A program made the translations under genes and the position numbers. Of a stretch of DNA of 64,000 nt, positions 45,107-54,581 are shown one piece after another. This stretch comes from a virus. The notes beneath the pieces are model-generated. The model ran no database searches and was not told where the DNA came from. It was given only the letters and a program-made list of their open reading frames with translations. How positions within the stretch are numbered: the stretch's first letter is position 1; every line of letters begins with the position of its first letter. Where the stretch lies: positions 32,001-96,000 of IMG/VR virus record IMGVR_UViG_3300046779_002349; one strand, given 5' to 3'.

Positions 45107-45649
45107 TTATGCGGTTAGTCCGCCAGACTGGGTCTCAAATGTGATTACGTTCGAATTTGCGGGAGTAGTCTCACTATTCTCATAGAACGTAGCACGGTTC
45201 GAGGATGGGTTAAGCTGCTTAGGAGCGTTGTTTCTGGTAACTCTACCCAAGATTGGCTGACCTGCGGGAGCGCCTGTAACAGGACGCACATTGCCAGTCA
45301 AGCCGTCAAAAGTAAGAAGAGTATCCGCAGTATATGTTCCTGCCGAAAAGTAGCCCGTTTGAATTTCATAGTCACCGGAGATAGAGATCCCAGTTAAACC
45401 ATTAGCTGCAACGACATCTGCCTCGGTAGAGTCCTGGAATGCGATGTAGGGAGCTCTTGCGGAAGTGCATCCGCGAACCCACTCATAAGTTGCGGCAGTC
45501 GGATTCCACACACGGGAAATCACCATACCGGAACGAATGTCTTCACCAGCCTTGACAGGATGAACCTGATGTAGCGTCGAAGTGCTGACCAGGTCCCAAC
45601 CCCGAAGGATTTGAACGCGTGGTTTTGCTCGATTTGTTCTAATAATCAT
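45107..45649 (-). CDS. Capsid decoration/cement protein (putative)
   Basis: 180-aa beta-rich ORF directly upstream of the capsid gene, with similar codon bias. Confidence 0.55.
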   Translation of the reverse strand: MIIRTNRAKPRVQILRGWDLVSTSTLHQVHPVKAGEDIRSGMVISRVWNPTAATYEWVRGCTSARAPYIAFQDSTEADVVAANGLTGISISGDYEIQTGYFSAGTYTADTLLTFDGLTGNVRPVTGAPAGQPILGRVTRNNAPKQLNPSSNRATFYENSETTPANSNVITFETQSGGLTA

Positions 45650-45679
45650 AGTTTATTTATTGTTTTGTTATTCGAATAC

Positions 45680-46102
45680 TCATTCGAAATTTTTATCAAT
45701 GAGAGCGATCCAAGGATTTGGCTCTACATTAGTCGAAGCTTGTTTTGTAACACCTTCGGAAAAAGATGAACCTTCGGAAAAGTTTTGCGTCAAAGCAGAA
45801 GCCAGTTTCTCCAATAGTACCGGAATTTCTTTGGGGTTATCCATGAGAGTCTGGTAAGCATGAACAGCTGTGCCTTGAGATAAGAAACCCGCTTGCTCAA
45901 GAGAAGTAGTAGCTGAGAGCATAGCGGCATCAAACTGAGCGGATGCTTTCTTCTCCAAGCTATTTGCTTGCACTTGAGTTTGCAGGTTTTTAATTTCAGA
46001 CTTCAACGCATCAATCTCTTCCATCAAAGATGCTTCTTTGATAATGGCTTCCTCTAGCTGCTCAGCTAAGTTAAGTGAGATTTCTGCGAAGTGATTAGTC
46101 AT
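45680..46102 (-). CDS. Scaffold-like head protein
   Basis: Coiled coil; IIKEAS, LEKKAS, LEKLAS, VTKQAS. Confidence 0.5.
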   Translation of the reverse strand: MTNHFAEISLNLAEQLEEAIIKEASLMEEIDALKSEIKNLQTQVQANSLEKKASAQFDAAMLSATTSLEQAGFLSQGTAVHAYQTLMDNPKEIPVLLEKLASALTQNFSEGSSFSEGVTKQASTNVEPNPWIALIDKNFE

Positions 46103-47121
46103 TATTTGTTAAGATAGTTCAGAATTTGATTTACGCGATTTGCGGAAGCTTCTTTTGGCATTTCTTCTGCTGGGATTTCTTCGCCGCCAGCAGGTGCTTC
46201 TCCACCAGCAGGCGCTTCCCCGCCCTGATCGGACAGGAGGGCTTCGGCAATCATCATTGCGTCTTCTTCCGAAATCTCGCCAGAAGCAACTGCTTGTTCC
46301 AGCAGCATCAAAATTTGCTCAATCGTTGGTTCACCATCGGCTCCTTCAAGAGCTGGCTCTCCACCTGCTTCTTCAGCAGCGGCCATTTCAGCAGCGTCTT
46401 CAACAGACTGATCGTAAGCGGCTTTCAGCAATTCACTGCCGAGTTGCTCGCGGTTCTGAATGTGCTGGGCGGCAGTTTTAAGCAAACGGTCAGCTTCCTC
46501 TTTAGACGAGGCGGATTTTACGATTTCAGCAATAGCGACTTCTGCTTGATATTGTTGTTCTGCAGCAGCGTGTGCGAGTTTCTCCATATAGACGGCTTCT
46601 GCTACTTGGTTTTCGTACTCGTCGCTAGCCTGCTTGAGAAGAGAGATAGCAGCTTCTTGTCCTGCTTTTTTACGGAGGACAGGGAGCACAGCGTCGATAC
46701 CTTCCTGAGTTTCAAAAATAGCCGAAGCCAATTTCATCAAAGCGTCGGGACCCATGTGCAATTGTTCAGTAGCTGCAGGGGCAACTTCAGCAGCGGGGGT
46801 GTCTACAGATTTGGCTTTTTTGCTAAGATTCTTAAGTTTGCTAATAGCCGCATCTACGCCGCTAGCAGCTTTAACTTGTTTATCTTCTGCATTACCATCT
46901 TTAGCAGTAGGGGCATTTTCTTCGCTCTTTGCTGGTTTGGTGGGAATGCCTGCCACTGCCTGAGGTGCTGGAGCGTTTTTCACATTGTTGACAGGATGAT
47001 CAGTTACATCTTTGCCAGGTGTTACTTTTCCTTTTTCAGTAGGGTCAGCTGGGGATAGGTCAGCTGCTTTCTTTTGAAAACCAGCCACTCTCTGCTTGAG
47101 GTCGTTTAGTTTGATTGCCAT
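46102..47121 (-). CDS. Putative scaffolding/core protein
   Basis: Ala/Glu-rich, about eleven KxA motifs, lies between the protease and capsid genes. Confidence 0.6.
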   Translation of the reverse strand: MAIKLNDLKQRVAGFQKKAADLSPADPTEKGKVTPGKDVTDHPVNNVKNAPAPQAVAGIPTKPAKSEENAPTAKDGNAEDKQVKAASGVDAAISKLKNLSKKAKSVDTPAAEVAPAATEQLHMGPDALMKLASAIFETQEGIDAVLPVLRKKAGQEAAISLLKQASDEYENQVAEAVYMEKLAHAAAEQQYQAEVAIAEIVKSASSKEEADRLLKTAAQHIQNREQLGSELLKAAYDQSVEDAAEMAAAEEAGGEPALEGADGEPTIEQILMLLEQAVASGEISEEDAMMIAEALLSDQGGEAPAGGEAPAGGEEIPAEEMPKEASANRVNQILNYLNK

Positions 47122-47175
47122 AATATTTACAGTTTTAAATTGTATAAAATTTATTGTTGTTCGTCAATTTTTTTT

Positions 47176-48639
47176 TCAGGAAAACCGATTTAGAGCAACA
47201 GCATACGCCAAATCCGTATTTACTTCATTATTATCGCATAAATTACTTCCTTTGGCAATATTAAACATTGCATTTAATTGATATGCTAGATAAGTAGTTG
47301 CGTACTTATTTAACTTCTCTGACTTCGGCTCTGAAAACTCTCTATTTTTTGTACTACCTGCTTTGATAATAGTTACTACTACTCTCTTCTTAACGGGCTC
47401 TACTTTGCAGGAAAACTTTTCTGAAAGTTTTTCCATGACTTGATCAATTGCATCAGTACTACATGGGTCGGCGATTTCGCAAAGAGAATCACCTGGATCA
47501 AACATACTAATCAATTCTTCCAGTTCGTCGTTGCTACCTTGTTTTTGTAAGGTGGTGTAACCAAACGCAAGTTGTTCTTTTCCGCGAGCAACTTCCGAAT
47601 CCGCCTGGAGTTCCGGTATTGATTTTTCTGTGACATAACTTAGGAAAGAATAATAAGGAAGAATAGAAGCTGACTTTTTAAGTTTATAGAACAGTGTACC
47701 AGGATTGAGTTTGCTAATTTTAACAATCTCTTCTGGGGTTGCTTCATAACCTACTACGTTAGGCAATACGTTATTAATGTAATCTACTTCTGGACTAGAC
47801 GTATTAGTACTAGCACACTTATTAAAGTAACCTTCATGGGAAACCAACTTATTTAGCACGCCTTGATACTTAGTAGGAAACTCATTTATAGAAACTCCTT
47901 CGTATTCGGCCCAAGCTACACCTGGAATGATAATATTTGTAGAAGCTGCTTTTTTCAATTCGTCATCTCCAAATTTGTATTCAAGATAATGTGCAATACG
48001 GTCAGCAGGTCTTTTAACTCGAGAGATGTCAAAGAAGTTAGGTTCTCTGTTATAGGCGAAAGCATACTTTTCAAACTCAGGCATATACTTGCCCATATTG
48101 TTTTTCAAGTGATCACAATACTGGCTGAGATTCTTCGCTTTATTTCCGCAGATAGAACATTCGTCATTAGGTAATTTGCAGGACATAGAGAAGCTGAGTT
48201 CTGAACCTTGCTTGGCTAGTTCGTACTCTTCTTCTGCTTTTCTTTTATTACCCCAAACAAGAAGCTCTACTCTATCTGTCTTAGGGTGGTATGCACTAGC
48301 TTTAACCAAACCAATACCTTCGGTTTCTTGACAACGGTTTCTATGTTCTCTAAAGAAGCAACCGTTTTTTACGAATGTTGGATGGAACTTTTCTAATGAA
48401 TCGCTAGGGAACGCATCTCCATTTCTGTTGGGTAGATATGTAGGGTGTCCGCCCATAGCAATAAGATGGATCATAAAGTGATCATCGTCTGGAGTGTGCT
48501 GTGCTATAAGCTCTTTTGAGAAAGCTTCACTGGCGGAAGATTTTACCAACTGATTTGGATTAATAAACTGACTCATATAGCCAGCCGCTTGTCTCAAATC
48601 ATAGGCATCGTCTTGATATATAATTTTACTCAGGGACAT
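47176..48639 (-). CDS. Prohead maturation protease (putative) with Zn-finger insertion
   Basis: NRNGDAF, FREHRN (His), SFSMSC (Ser), CSICGN..YCDHL, FFDISRVKRPADRIA. Confidence 0.7.
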   Translation of the reverse strand: MSLSKIIYQDDAYDLRQAAGYMSQFINPNQLVKSSASEAFSKELIAQHTPDDDHFMIHLIAMGGHPTYLPNRNGDAFPSDSLEKFHPTFVKNGCFFREHRNRCQETEGIGLVKASAYHPKTDRVELLVWGNKRKAEEEYELAKQGSELSFSMSCKLPNDECSICGNKAKNLSQYCDHLKNNMGKYMPEFEKYAFAYNREPNFFDISRVKRPADRIAHYLEYKFGDDELKKAASTNIIIPGVAWAEYEGVSINEFPTKYQGVLNKLVSHEGYFNKCASTNTSSPEVDYINNVLPNVVGYEATPEEIVKISKLNPGTLFYKLKKSASILPYYSFLSYVTEKSIPELQADSEVARGKEQLAFGYTTLQKQGSNDELEELISMFDPGDSLCEIADPCSTDAIDQVMEKLSEKFSCKVEPVKKRVVVTIIKAGSTKNREFSEPKSEKLNKYATTYLAYQLNAMFNIAKGSNLCDNNEVNTDLAYAVALNRFS

Positions 48640-49528
48640 CGACTGATGGGTTACTGGTTAGCATGGACATGGCTGCTTGAGCCATTTCTGGTGAAAGTAG
48701 GGCTGCGGCTAATGCGGCTGGTTTTGCTACTCTAGATATTCCTGTTCGACCAATTACTCGACCGCCGTGTACTCTCAAAGATTGTTTAAGTTTATCGAAC
48801 TTACTTCCACTAAAGTCTCCGGCTTCGATACCACCTCTTTGAAGCCTGCCTTTAAACCCTTCTCTTGCTGCAGAAAATACACTGTTTTCTAAATTTATTT
48901 TATCAGACTTTAATTCATTGAGTCTTGTCATCAGAGCAGCTTTTTCTGCAGCTAACATCTTTCCACTCTTTAACTTGTTTTGAATTGTATCTATTTCTGT
49001 AGCAATAGCAGAAAGTCCTGGAACCTTAGGCATATTCATTCTTGTGTGAATATCCAAAAATTCGTCAAGTTTATTTCCTCCTCCTTGCATACCCGCAATC
49101 TGGTCTCTAGTAAACTGCGTAGGGTTATTGCCAGGGTCAAAATTAAATAAAGACTTTAATTCTTTGTTGTCGGAACTTCTACCATGTCCGTAAAGACCAG
49201 CGGCAGCGGCAGCTCCTGCACCTACTCTGAGTGTGTTAGGATTGCCTACGAAAGAGGTTATTTTTTCTTCTGTAGCTACATCCTCTGCTGGCAGGGCAGT
49301 CTGAAAATTTTCTAGTGAGGAGTTAATTGCTTTATGCGCTCCTGCGGCTACAGCTCCTCCTCCCAGCACTATAGCTAATTTCTTAGCTAAATCCGATATT
49401 CGACTTTTCCTTGGGTCCCTTTTAAGTTGGGATACCGCCATTCCTGTAGCTAGCGCTCCAGCTCCTCCTGACAGTAGGTAAGGAGTTAGCTCGTTCATGT
49501 CTACTGCTAATTTTTCAAGTTGATTCAT
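48626..49528 (-). CDS. Putative internal head/ejection protein
   Basis: LEKLAV at the N-terminus; several Gly/Ala hydrophobic segments. Confidence 0.5.
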   Translation of the reverse strand: MNQLEKLAVDMNELTPYLLSGGAGALATGMAVSQLKRDPRKSRISDLAKKLAIVLGGGAVAAGAHKAINSSLENFQTALPAEDVATEEKITSFVGNPNTLRVGAGAAAAAGLYGHGRSSDNKELKSLFNFDPGNNPTQFTRDQIAGMQGGGNKLDEFLDIHTRMNMPKVPGLSAIATEIDTIQNKLKSGKMLAAEKAALMTRLNELKSDKINLENSVFSAAREGFKGRLQRGGIEAGDFSGSKFDKLKQSLRVHGGRVIGRTGISRVAKPAALAAALLSPEMAQAAMSMLTSNPSVDVPE

Positions 49529-49537
49529 AAATAAATA

Positions 49538-51214
49538 TTAACTATCGTAAATAGATTTTTGATTTGCCATTACGTCTTTGACTGTTTGGGCTCTATCCTT
49601 TTCGATGCCTGCCATTTGTCCATAACTATGAGGAGTAATTCCCTCATACTGCAGTGCCTCTCTGAGAGCAAATTTTGCAACATTCTTATCCTGCATCATC
49701 TTCGGATTAATTTGAGCCAGGGAATTATAAATACTCACTACGGTTCTCGGAGAATGGGCTGCAATAATTGGATCTTGCATAAGCTCGTGAATCGTGGCGG
49801 CTGTTGCTATGGAAGTCACTGTTTTGTCTACTGATGCATTAACGTATCCTCTGTCCCCCTTAGATGGTAGGGTTAGTAGCTTCTTAGCTCTATTCTCGTA
49901 AGTATCATCAATGAAAGACTTTAGCTGACTAGCAAGATCCTTGCTAGTTGCTCCCGCCGCGCTCTGCACTGGTTTAGATGCATTTTGAGCTCTTTGGTTT
50001 TCCATTAAATATGCCACTATCGATGCTGGGCTACCGGAAGGTAATTGTGTTGATTCCGTGTAATCCTCTACTGAAGCTGCTGGTTCCTCTGGAGACTCCG
50101 TAGGTGGTTCCTCGGAGGGACTTCCTGGTTCTTCGCTAGGTGTTTCTACAGGTGCTTCTGTAGTTGCTTCTGTATAATCTTCTGCAGGTGCTTCTGTATA
50201 CTCTTCTGCAGGTGCTTCTGCAGGTGCTTCTGTAGGTTCTGTGGGTGGCTCCTCTGCGGGGGGTGTTAAGCGTGTGTTTGTTTTTTCTTCCTTAGGAGAA
50301 TCTTTTTCTGCATCAACATTTTCGGAGTCTGGTTCCTTTTTCTTTTCTTTTTTAGATTTAGAGGACATCCCTGCCCACTGATTTAGTTGTGCGAGTTCAT
50401 CGTCGGTAATGTTTTTCCCACCAAGTCCAGCAATTCCAGAAGCTGCTCTCTTTTCGATTTCTTTGAGTTCTACTAAAATGTCTATCTTTTCTTGTATGTC
50501 TTCTACTTTGTCTAGAAAACCAGTTCTATCCATTACCACTTTAGAGCTAGCCAACTTTTCAAATTCTACAGTAGGATTGAAGCCGAAATAATTTACCGCT
50601 TTTCTGCAGAGGAACTCGATAGCATCTTTGTTTTGATTTTCCGATGCAAGTGAATCTGCGGCTAGCTTAGTGAAGAAAGCATTAGGTTCAATATTTTTCA
50701 AATAGAGTTGTTTATTAATATCATTCGCTTGCTTCATTAAGTCCTGTGTGAGCTCATGAATAATAGTAGGAACTTCTGAGATAAAGTTTAATTGATCCTG
50801 TTTAGCAGCATCTTTTACGTTTCTATGAATTGCATAAGCTAACTCGTGTTCTTGTGGGGCTGCTGCCGATTTTTCTAAAGTTTCTACATTGAAAAAATTT
50901 GGAAGATAACCTCCATTTTTTACATTACTTGATGCGGATTTTTCGATGGTCTTCTTAATGGGTGTGCTGTGATCGACATACTCGGCCATCAACTCATTGA
51001 TGTCTAGAAGAGTGTAGGAATCTCCACGGTTTGCGCTTTTTTCAAGATGCGACAAAGTTTTTGCGCTGTTGTACACTTGGCCTAGTCTCTCCAATTCGGC
51101 GGGAGAAAGGTTGTTTTCACTCGCGTATTTAATCAATGTCCCTTTAGGATCTTGGGACTCATTGATAGAAGGAGCAAGCCTCTCAATTAATTTTATAGCT
51201 GTAAAGTGTTCCAT
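49538..51214 (-). CDS. Head-associated protein with KxA motifs and an acidic Pro/Glu repeat
   Basis: LIKYAS, LEKSAN, IEKSAS, LEKSAA, FEKLAS, IEKRAA; EAPAEEYTEAPAEDYT repeat. Confidence 0.6.
   Translation of the reverse strand: MEHFTAIKLIERLAPSINESQDPKGTLIKYASENNLSPAELERLGQVYNSAKTLSHLEKSANRGDSYTLLDINELMAEYVDHSTPIKKTIEKSASSNVKNGGYLPNFFNVETLEKSAAAPQEHELAYAIHRNVKDAAKQDQLNFISEVPTIIHELTQDLMKQANDINKQLYLKNIEPNAFFTKLAADSLASENQNKDAIEFLCRKAVNYFGFNPTVEFEKLASSKVVMDRTGFLDKVEDIQEKIDILVELKEIEKRAASGIAGLGGKNITDDELAQLNQWAGMSSKSKKEKKKEPDSENVDAEKDSPKEEKTNTRLTPPAEEPPTEPTEAPAEAPAEEYTEAPAEDYTEATTEAPVETPSEEPGSPSEEPPTESPEEPAASVEDYTESTQLPSGSPASIVAYLMENQRAQNASKPVQSAAGATSKDLASQLKSFIDDTYENRAKKLLTLPSKGDRGYVNASVDKTVTSIATAATIHELMQDPIIAAHSPRTVVSIYNSLAQINPKMMQDKNVAKFALREALQYEGITPHSYGQMAGIEKDRAQTVKDVMANQKSIYDS
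50100..50260 (-). repeat. Intragenic low-complexity tandem repeat (GGTGCTTCTG-like units) encoding EAPA/EEPP
   Basis: Repeated ggtgcttctg(c/t)a on the plus strand. Confidence 0.6.
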
Positions 51215-51292
51215 ACTATTGGCCTAATTATACTTTATAACAAGTTAAACGAAAAGGATTTTCTGACTAATAGATAAAAAAAAAGATTTAAT

Positions 51293-51334
51293 TAAACCAC
51301 CTCAATACCGTGTTATGGGTATCGAGGTGGTTTA
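51293..51334 (-). terminator. Hairpin terminator between the metabolic and head modules
   Basis: TAAACCACCTC...GAGGTGGTTTA inverted repeat just after the stop of 51341..51871, with a T-rich run downstream. Confidence 0.55.
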
Positions 51335-51340
51335 TTACGA

Positions 51341-51871
51341 TTATCCGTGTAGAGGTAAGTTTATAAAGAAATTATATTCTGGAAACTTTTTGCAGAGACG
51401 GTGGATTAGTCCGTTTACGCGAATTGCTTGATTTCTTGTATAATTTTTCTTTAGTCTTACTGGTTTCTTTTCTTCTCCAGGTTTACGGAAAAATACTACT
51501 ACATAGCGCGGTTCGATTTTACTACACTTTTTGATTTTTCCTTTCTCCATGTACAGTTCTATATTATAAGCTACCTTGTCTTTTAATCCTTTTAACTCTA
51601 TTACGTCGGAGTGCGTAACTAGAGTTTTTATCGTTTCAAAACATGACATAGGGTAGTAACCCGTTATTAGGTCTACGTCCTTAGGTTCAAAGAATTCAAA
51701 TACTGCTTGGTTCTGTAAAAAATATACTTGTCCGTCAGGAGCTACTTTAAAACTACAGTCTTCTCCATAAATCCCGTAGACAACTTGAAACATACTACCA
51801 AATTCTTCTGGATCGAAATTGTCCAGTTTGAATCGTTTTTCATCTTTCTTTACGAATGTTATGTGTGTCAT
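51341..51871 (-). CDS. Hypothetical protein
   Basis: 176-aa ORF coupled to thyX. Confidence 0.6.
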   Translation of the reverse strand: MTHITFVKKDEKRFKLDNFDPEEFGSMFQVVYGIYGEDCSFKVAPDGQVYFLQNQAVFEFFEPKDVDLITGYYPMSCFETIKTLVTHSDVIELKGLKDKVAYNIELYMEKGKIKKCSKIEPRYVVVFFRKPGEEKKPVRLKKNYTRNQAIRVNGLIHRLCKKFPEYNFFINLPLHG

Positions 51872-52665
51872 CCTAGTACGACGTTATTTTTGATCTCTGT
51901 TCTAAATTGTTTCCAGCCAACAAAGTTTGAATCCCGCTCATATGGGTCATCCAGCGGAGTAGCTTGATGTTCTGTAGGACTTGCATGTACGGGTTGCTCG
52001 ATGATAAGTTTTTGAAAAATCCTTTTTAATTTCTCTTCGCTATCGTCCAGTGCTCTAAATGAAACTTGAGCGCACAAAGATGCTGATGCCTCTCTATCAT
52101 ATGCGGATTTACTATCTACATAAGGTAGGTGCCACTCTCCTTTTTTGAGTAGTTGAGGAACAGAATCTTTAATGCATGCTTTCATTTTTTTAGCAATTAC
52201 CTGCAACTCTGGTTGAGCATCTTTATGATCTCTCAGCGCAAAAAAGTTATTTAATTCGGTTGTGGTGATTAATACTTTAATACGAGTAAATGGCTCTACT
52301 AAACGATTCGCATTTTGTTTGTGCAGTCCGATTTTATTTAACAGGATTGCAGATACGCCACAGATTCTAGCAGTGGTGTACCAGACAAATTTAGCAAGCA
52401 TGAGTCGTAAGCCTGTGAGCTCTTCTTTTGCGGACATTCCTTTTTTATTCTTTCCCCAGAAAACAAATCCAACAGGATTTTTAATGGCTTCCCAGGCAAG
52501 TTTTAAAACAGGAATTGCTCTAGAGGAACTTGCGTTTCTCGTAAATGCTCTGTGCGTCATAATTTCTGCATGAGCAAACCTTTGATAAACACATTCGAAT
52601 GTATAAATGTTTTTACCTTTTTCTGATACTGAGTGTTTGATTAATTTGATGTCGATGTCTTCCAT
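51868..52665 (-). CDS. thyX: Flavin-dependent thymidylate synthase (phage ThyX-type)
   Basis: HAEIMTHRAFTRNASSSRAIP, HKQNANRL.EPF, NFFALRDHKDAQPE, HASPTEHQA. Confidence 0.85.
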   Translation of the reverse strand: MEDIDIKLIKHSVSEKGKNIYTFECVYQRFAHAEIMTHRAFTRNASSSRAIPVLKLAWEAIKNPVGFVFWGKNKKGMSAKEELTGLRLMLAKFVWYTTARICGVSAILLNKIGLHKQNANRLVEPFTRIKVLITTTELNNFFALRDHKDAQPELQVIAKKMKACIKDSVPQLLKKGEWHLPYVDSKSAYDREASASLCAQVSFRALDDSEEKLKRIFQKLIIEQPVHASPTEHQATPLDDPYERDSNFVGWKQFRTEIKNNVVLG

Positions 52666-52672
52666 TATTTAA

Positions 52673-52924
52673 TTATTTGGTTTTATGTTGTGTTCTGTAG
52701 TTGGCCCTAAAGCTTTCTAAATATATCATATTTGTGTATATAAAAAAGGTCCTATCCATTGGATTAAATAGACTAGAAGCTTGGCTTACTGGATTTAAAC
52801 CCATTACTCCAAATTTCAAATTTTGTAGTCTCCCTGGGTGACGGGTGCTTACATATAAGTAAGTACTAAACTGTTCGTTCAGTTTAATCGTCAGTGTGTT
52901 TGATGGTAGTATTGATGTGGTCAT
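52673..52924 (-). CDS. Hypothetical protein
   Basis: Small packed ORF. Confidence 0.4.
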   Translation of the reverse strand: MTTSILPSNTLTIKLNEQFSTYLYVSTRHPGRLQNLKFGVMGLNPVSQASSLFNPMDRTFFIYTNMIYLESFRANYRTQHKTK

Positions 52925-53153
52925 GTATTATATTATCCAATCCTTGATAATCCGTAAGCAATTCTATAGAGGATAAAAACGAATTTGTCGATGGATAAAA
53001 TTTGTCGAATGCGGTAAACACTAATGGACTTTGAAATATTAAAGCTTTCGGTCTAGGGAATGTATTTCTAGATGGTCTTCTTACGAATAAAATACCGTTG
53101 AAGGTTTTAAATAAACCATCAAGTATGTGGCTAAAGTTTATATCATTTCGCAT
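52884..53153 (-). CDS. Hypothetical protein
   Basis: Small packed ORF. Confidence 0.4.
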   Translation of the reverse strand: MRNDINFSHILDGLFKTFNGILFVRRPSRNTFPRPKALIFQSPLVFTAFDKFYPSTNSFLSSIELLTDYQGLDNIIHDHINTTIKHTDD

Positions 53154-53347
53154 AAGTATTCTTCTATACGGTTGTTAACTGCTTGAAACGTTCTGTGCGT
53201 ATTTTCAAATGGCGTTATCACCCATGCTAATTCTACAAAGTGTACAAACAGTAAATCCGGAGGTACATTGGTGTAAGCCTCGATAATACCAACGCATTCT
53301 TCGTATTGTCTTAAAAATTCTGGTATGGTTAAAGGATCCTCTTCCAT
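53138..53347 (-). CDS. Hypothetical protein
   Basis: Small packed ORF. Confidence 0.45.
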   Translation of the reverse strand: MEEDPLTIPEFLRQYEECVGIIEAYTNVPPDLLFVHFVELAWVITPFENTHRTFQAVNNRIEEYLCEMI

Positions 53348-53358
53348 AACATAAGATT

Positions 53359-53589
53359 TTATTCAAAATTAAAATTTGTATTACAATACAAAGTAATTGT
53401 ATCTTCTATGGTTGCGTGGGTTCTTTGCAGCTTTTTCTCTTTTAGATAATCCAAGCAAATTGCCATACGGGTCACAAAGCCAAATGTATCGTCTAGAGTT
53501 CGCATTATTTTGAGTCTAATTCCTAAATGGCGCTCCGTGTTAAAGGCATATATAGCCATAGGATCTGCGAAAGTATTTTTCTTTACCAT
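53359..53589 (-). CDS. Hypothetical protein, paralogue of 53886..54119
   Basis: MVKKNT...EDTITLYCNTNFNFE. Confidence 0.6.
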   Translation of the reverse strand: MVKKNTFADPMAIYAFNTERHLGIRLKIMRTLDDTFGFVTRMAICLDYLKEKKLQRTHATIEDTITLYCNTNFNFE

Positions 53590-53591
53590 TG

Positions 53592-53843
53592 TTATAAGTT
53601 TAAATTACTGCCTAAATAATCACAAATTACTTTTTCTACTGCTATCTGTGTTTCGCTCAGGTAGACACATGGGAATAAGGCAAAGAGCTTATCAGAATTC
53701 GAAAATCCAATCTTGATGTCTATTGCGCTTTTTATACCTACGCTTCCACATATATTTAACCGAAATATCGATGTTGCGTCGTCTACTATAGGAAACCTAA
53801 TTACAGTTACAATATCTTCTGCACTTTTATTATCCTTGTCCAT
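53592..53843 (-). CDS. Hypothetical protein, paralogue of 54113..54370
   Basis: DNKSAED...FPC...AVEKVICDYLGSNLNL. Confidence 0.6.
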   Translation of the reverse strand: MDKDNKSAEDIVTVIRFPIVDDATSIFRLNICGSVGIKSAIDIKIGFSNSDKLFALFPCVYLSETQIAVEKVICDYLGSNLNL

Positions 53844-53885
53844 ATACTCGTAAGGTTAAAGGGTCTTTTATCAGGGCATAACATT

Positions 53886-54119
53886 TTATTTAAAGTTAAA
53901 TTTTTCATTACAGTACAAAGTAATTGTATCTTCTACTGCCCACCTGGTCCTCACCGTTCTACTGTCTTTTAGAACGACTAAGCAGCGGGAGTACCGACAC
54001 TTAAAACCAGCTTTCTTATTTAACTGGTATATGACGTGTTCTCTAATTTTTAAATTATCCTCCAAATTAGATGGAGGAAGCATGTAAGTAATATTTTCGG
54101 AAGTATTTTTCGTTACCAT
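53886..54119 (-). CDS. Hypothetical protein, paralogue of 53359..53589
   Basis: MVTKNT...EDTITLYCNEKFNFK. Confidence 0.6.
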   Translation of the reverse strand: MVTKNTSENITYMLPPSNLEDNLKIREHVIYQLNKKAGFKCRYSRCLVVLKDSRTVRTRWAVEDTITLYCNEKFNFK

Positions 54120-54370
54120 TGTTGTAAGTTTAAATTACTGTCTAAATAATCACAAATTACGTTTTCTACTGCTCCGTGTGTTTTACTCATAAAAGTACAC
54201 GGGAATACATCCAGACGCCGCAAATAGCAATACATACTAATACCTAAGCCGTCCTGTGTGTGCCGCTGTAAATCTGAAGAGCTCTGTATGGGGGCGTTGC
54301 AAATATACTCTATTGCAGAAAAATTACTAATTGTTGGTTTATCTTCTGCACTTTTATTATCCTCGCTCAT
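54113..54370 (-). CDS. Hypothetical protein, paralogue of 53592..53843
   Basis: DNKSAED...FPC...AVENVICDYLDSNLNL. Confidence 0.6.
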   Translation of the reverse strand: MSEDNKSAEDKPTISNFSAIEYICNAPIQSSSDLQRHTQDGLGISMYCYLRRLDVFPCTFMSKTHGAVENVICDYLDSNLNLQQW

Positions 54371-54573
54371 CTCAGCGATACTTTAGTTTCCCTTCCCATA
54401 AGGCGAGCCATTCTTTTTCCGAAGGCTAGGAATGTAGCCAATAGGAATACAAATCGGATAATGTACCAAGGTATAAACAAAATTGCTCTATATAAAATTA
54501 TATACCATGGGAAGAATTCAGCGTATTTTCTGTTTTTAGAATATGCTGGCCAGTGAATGATTTCTCTCAACAT
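54367..54573 (-). CDS. Small membrane protein
   Basis: Hydrophobic, with an internal PWYII repeat. Confidence 0.5.
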   Translation of the reverse strand: MLREIIHWPAYSKNRKYAEFFPWYIILYRAILFIPWYIIRFVFLLATFLAFGKRMARLMGRETKVSLR

Positions 54574-54581
54574 AAGTTTTA

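Noticed and set aside
46126-47058. 310-aa plus-strand ORF
   Set aside because: Antisense shadow of the Ala/Glu/Lys-rich scaffold gene; the Phe/Ser/Cys-rich composition is typical of such artefacts.
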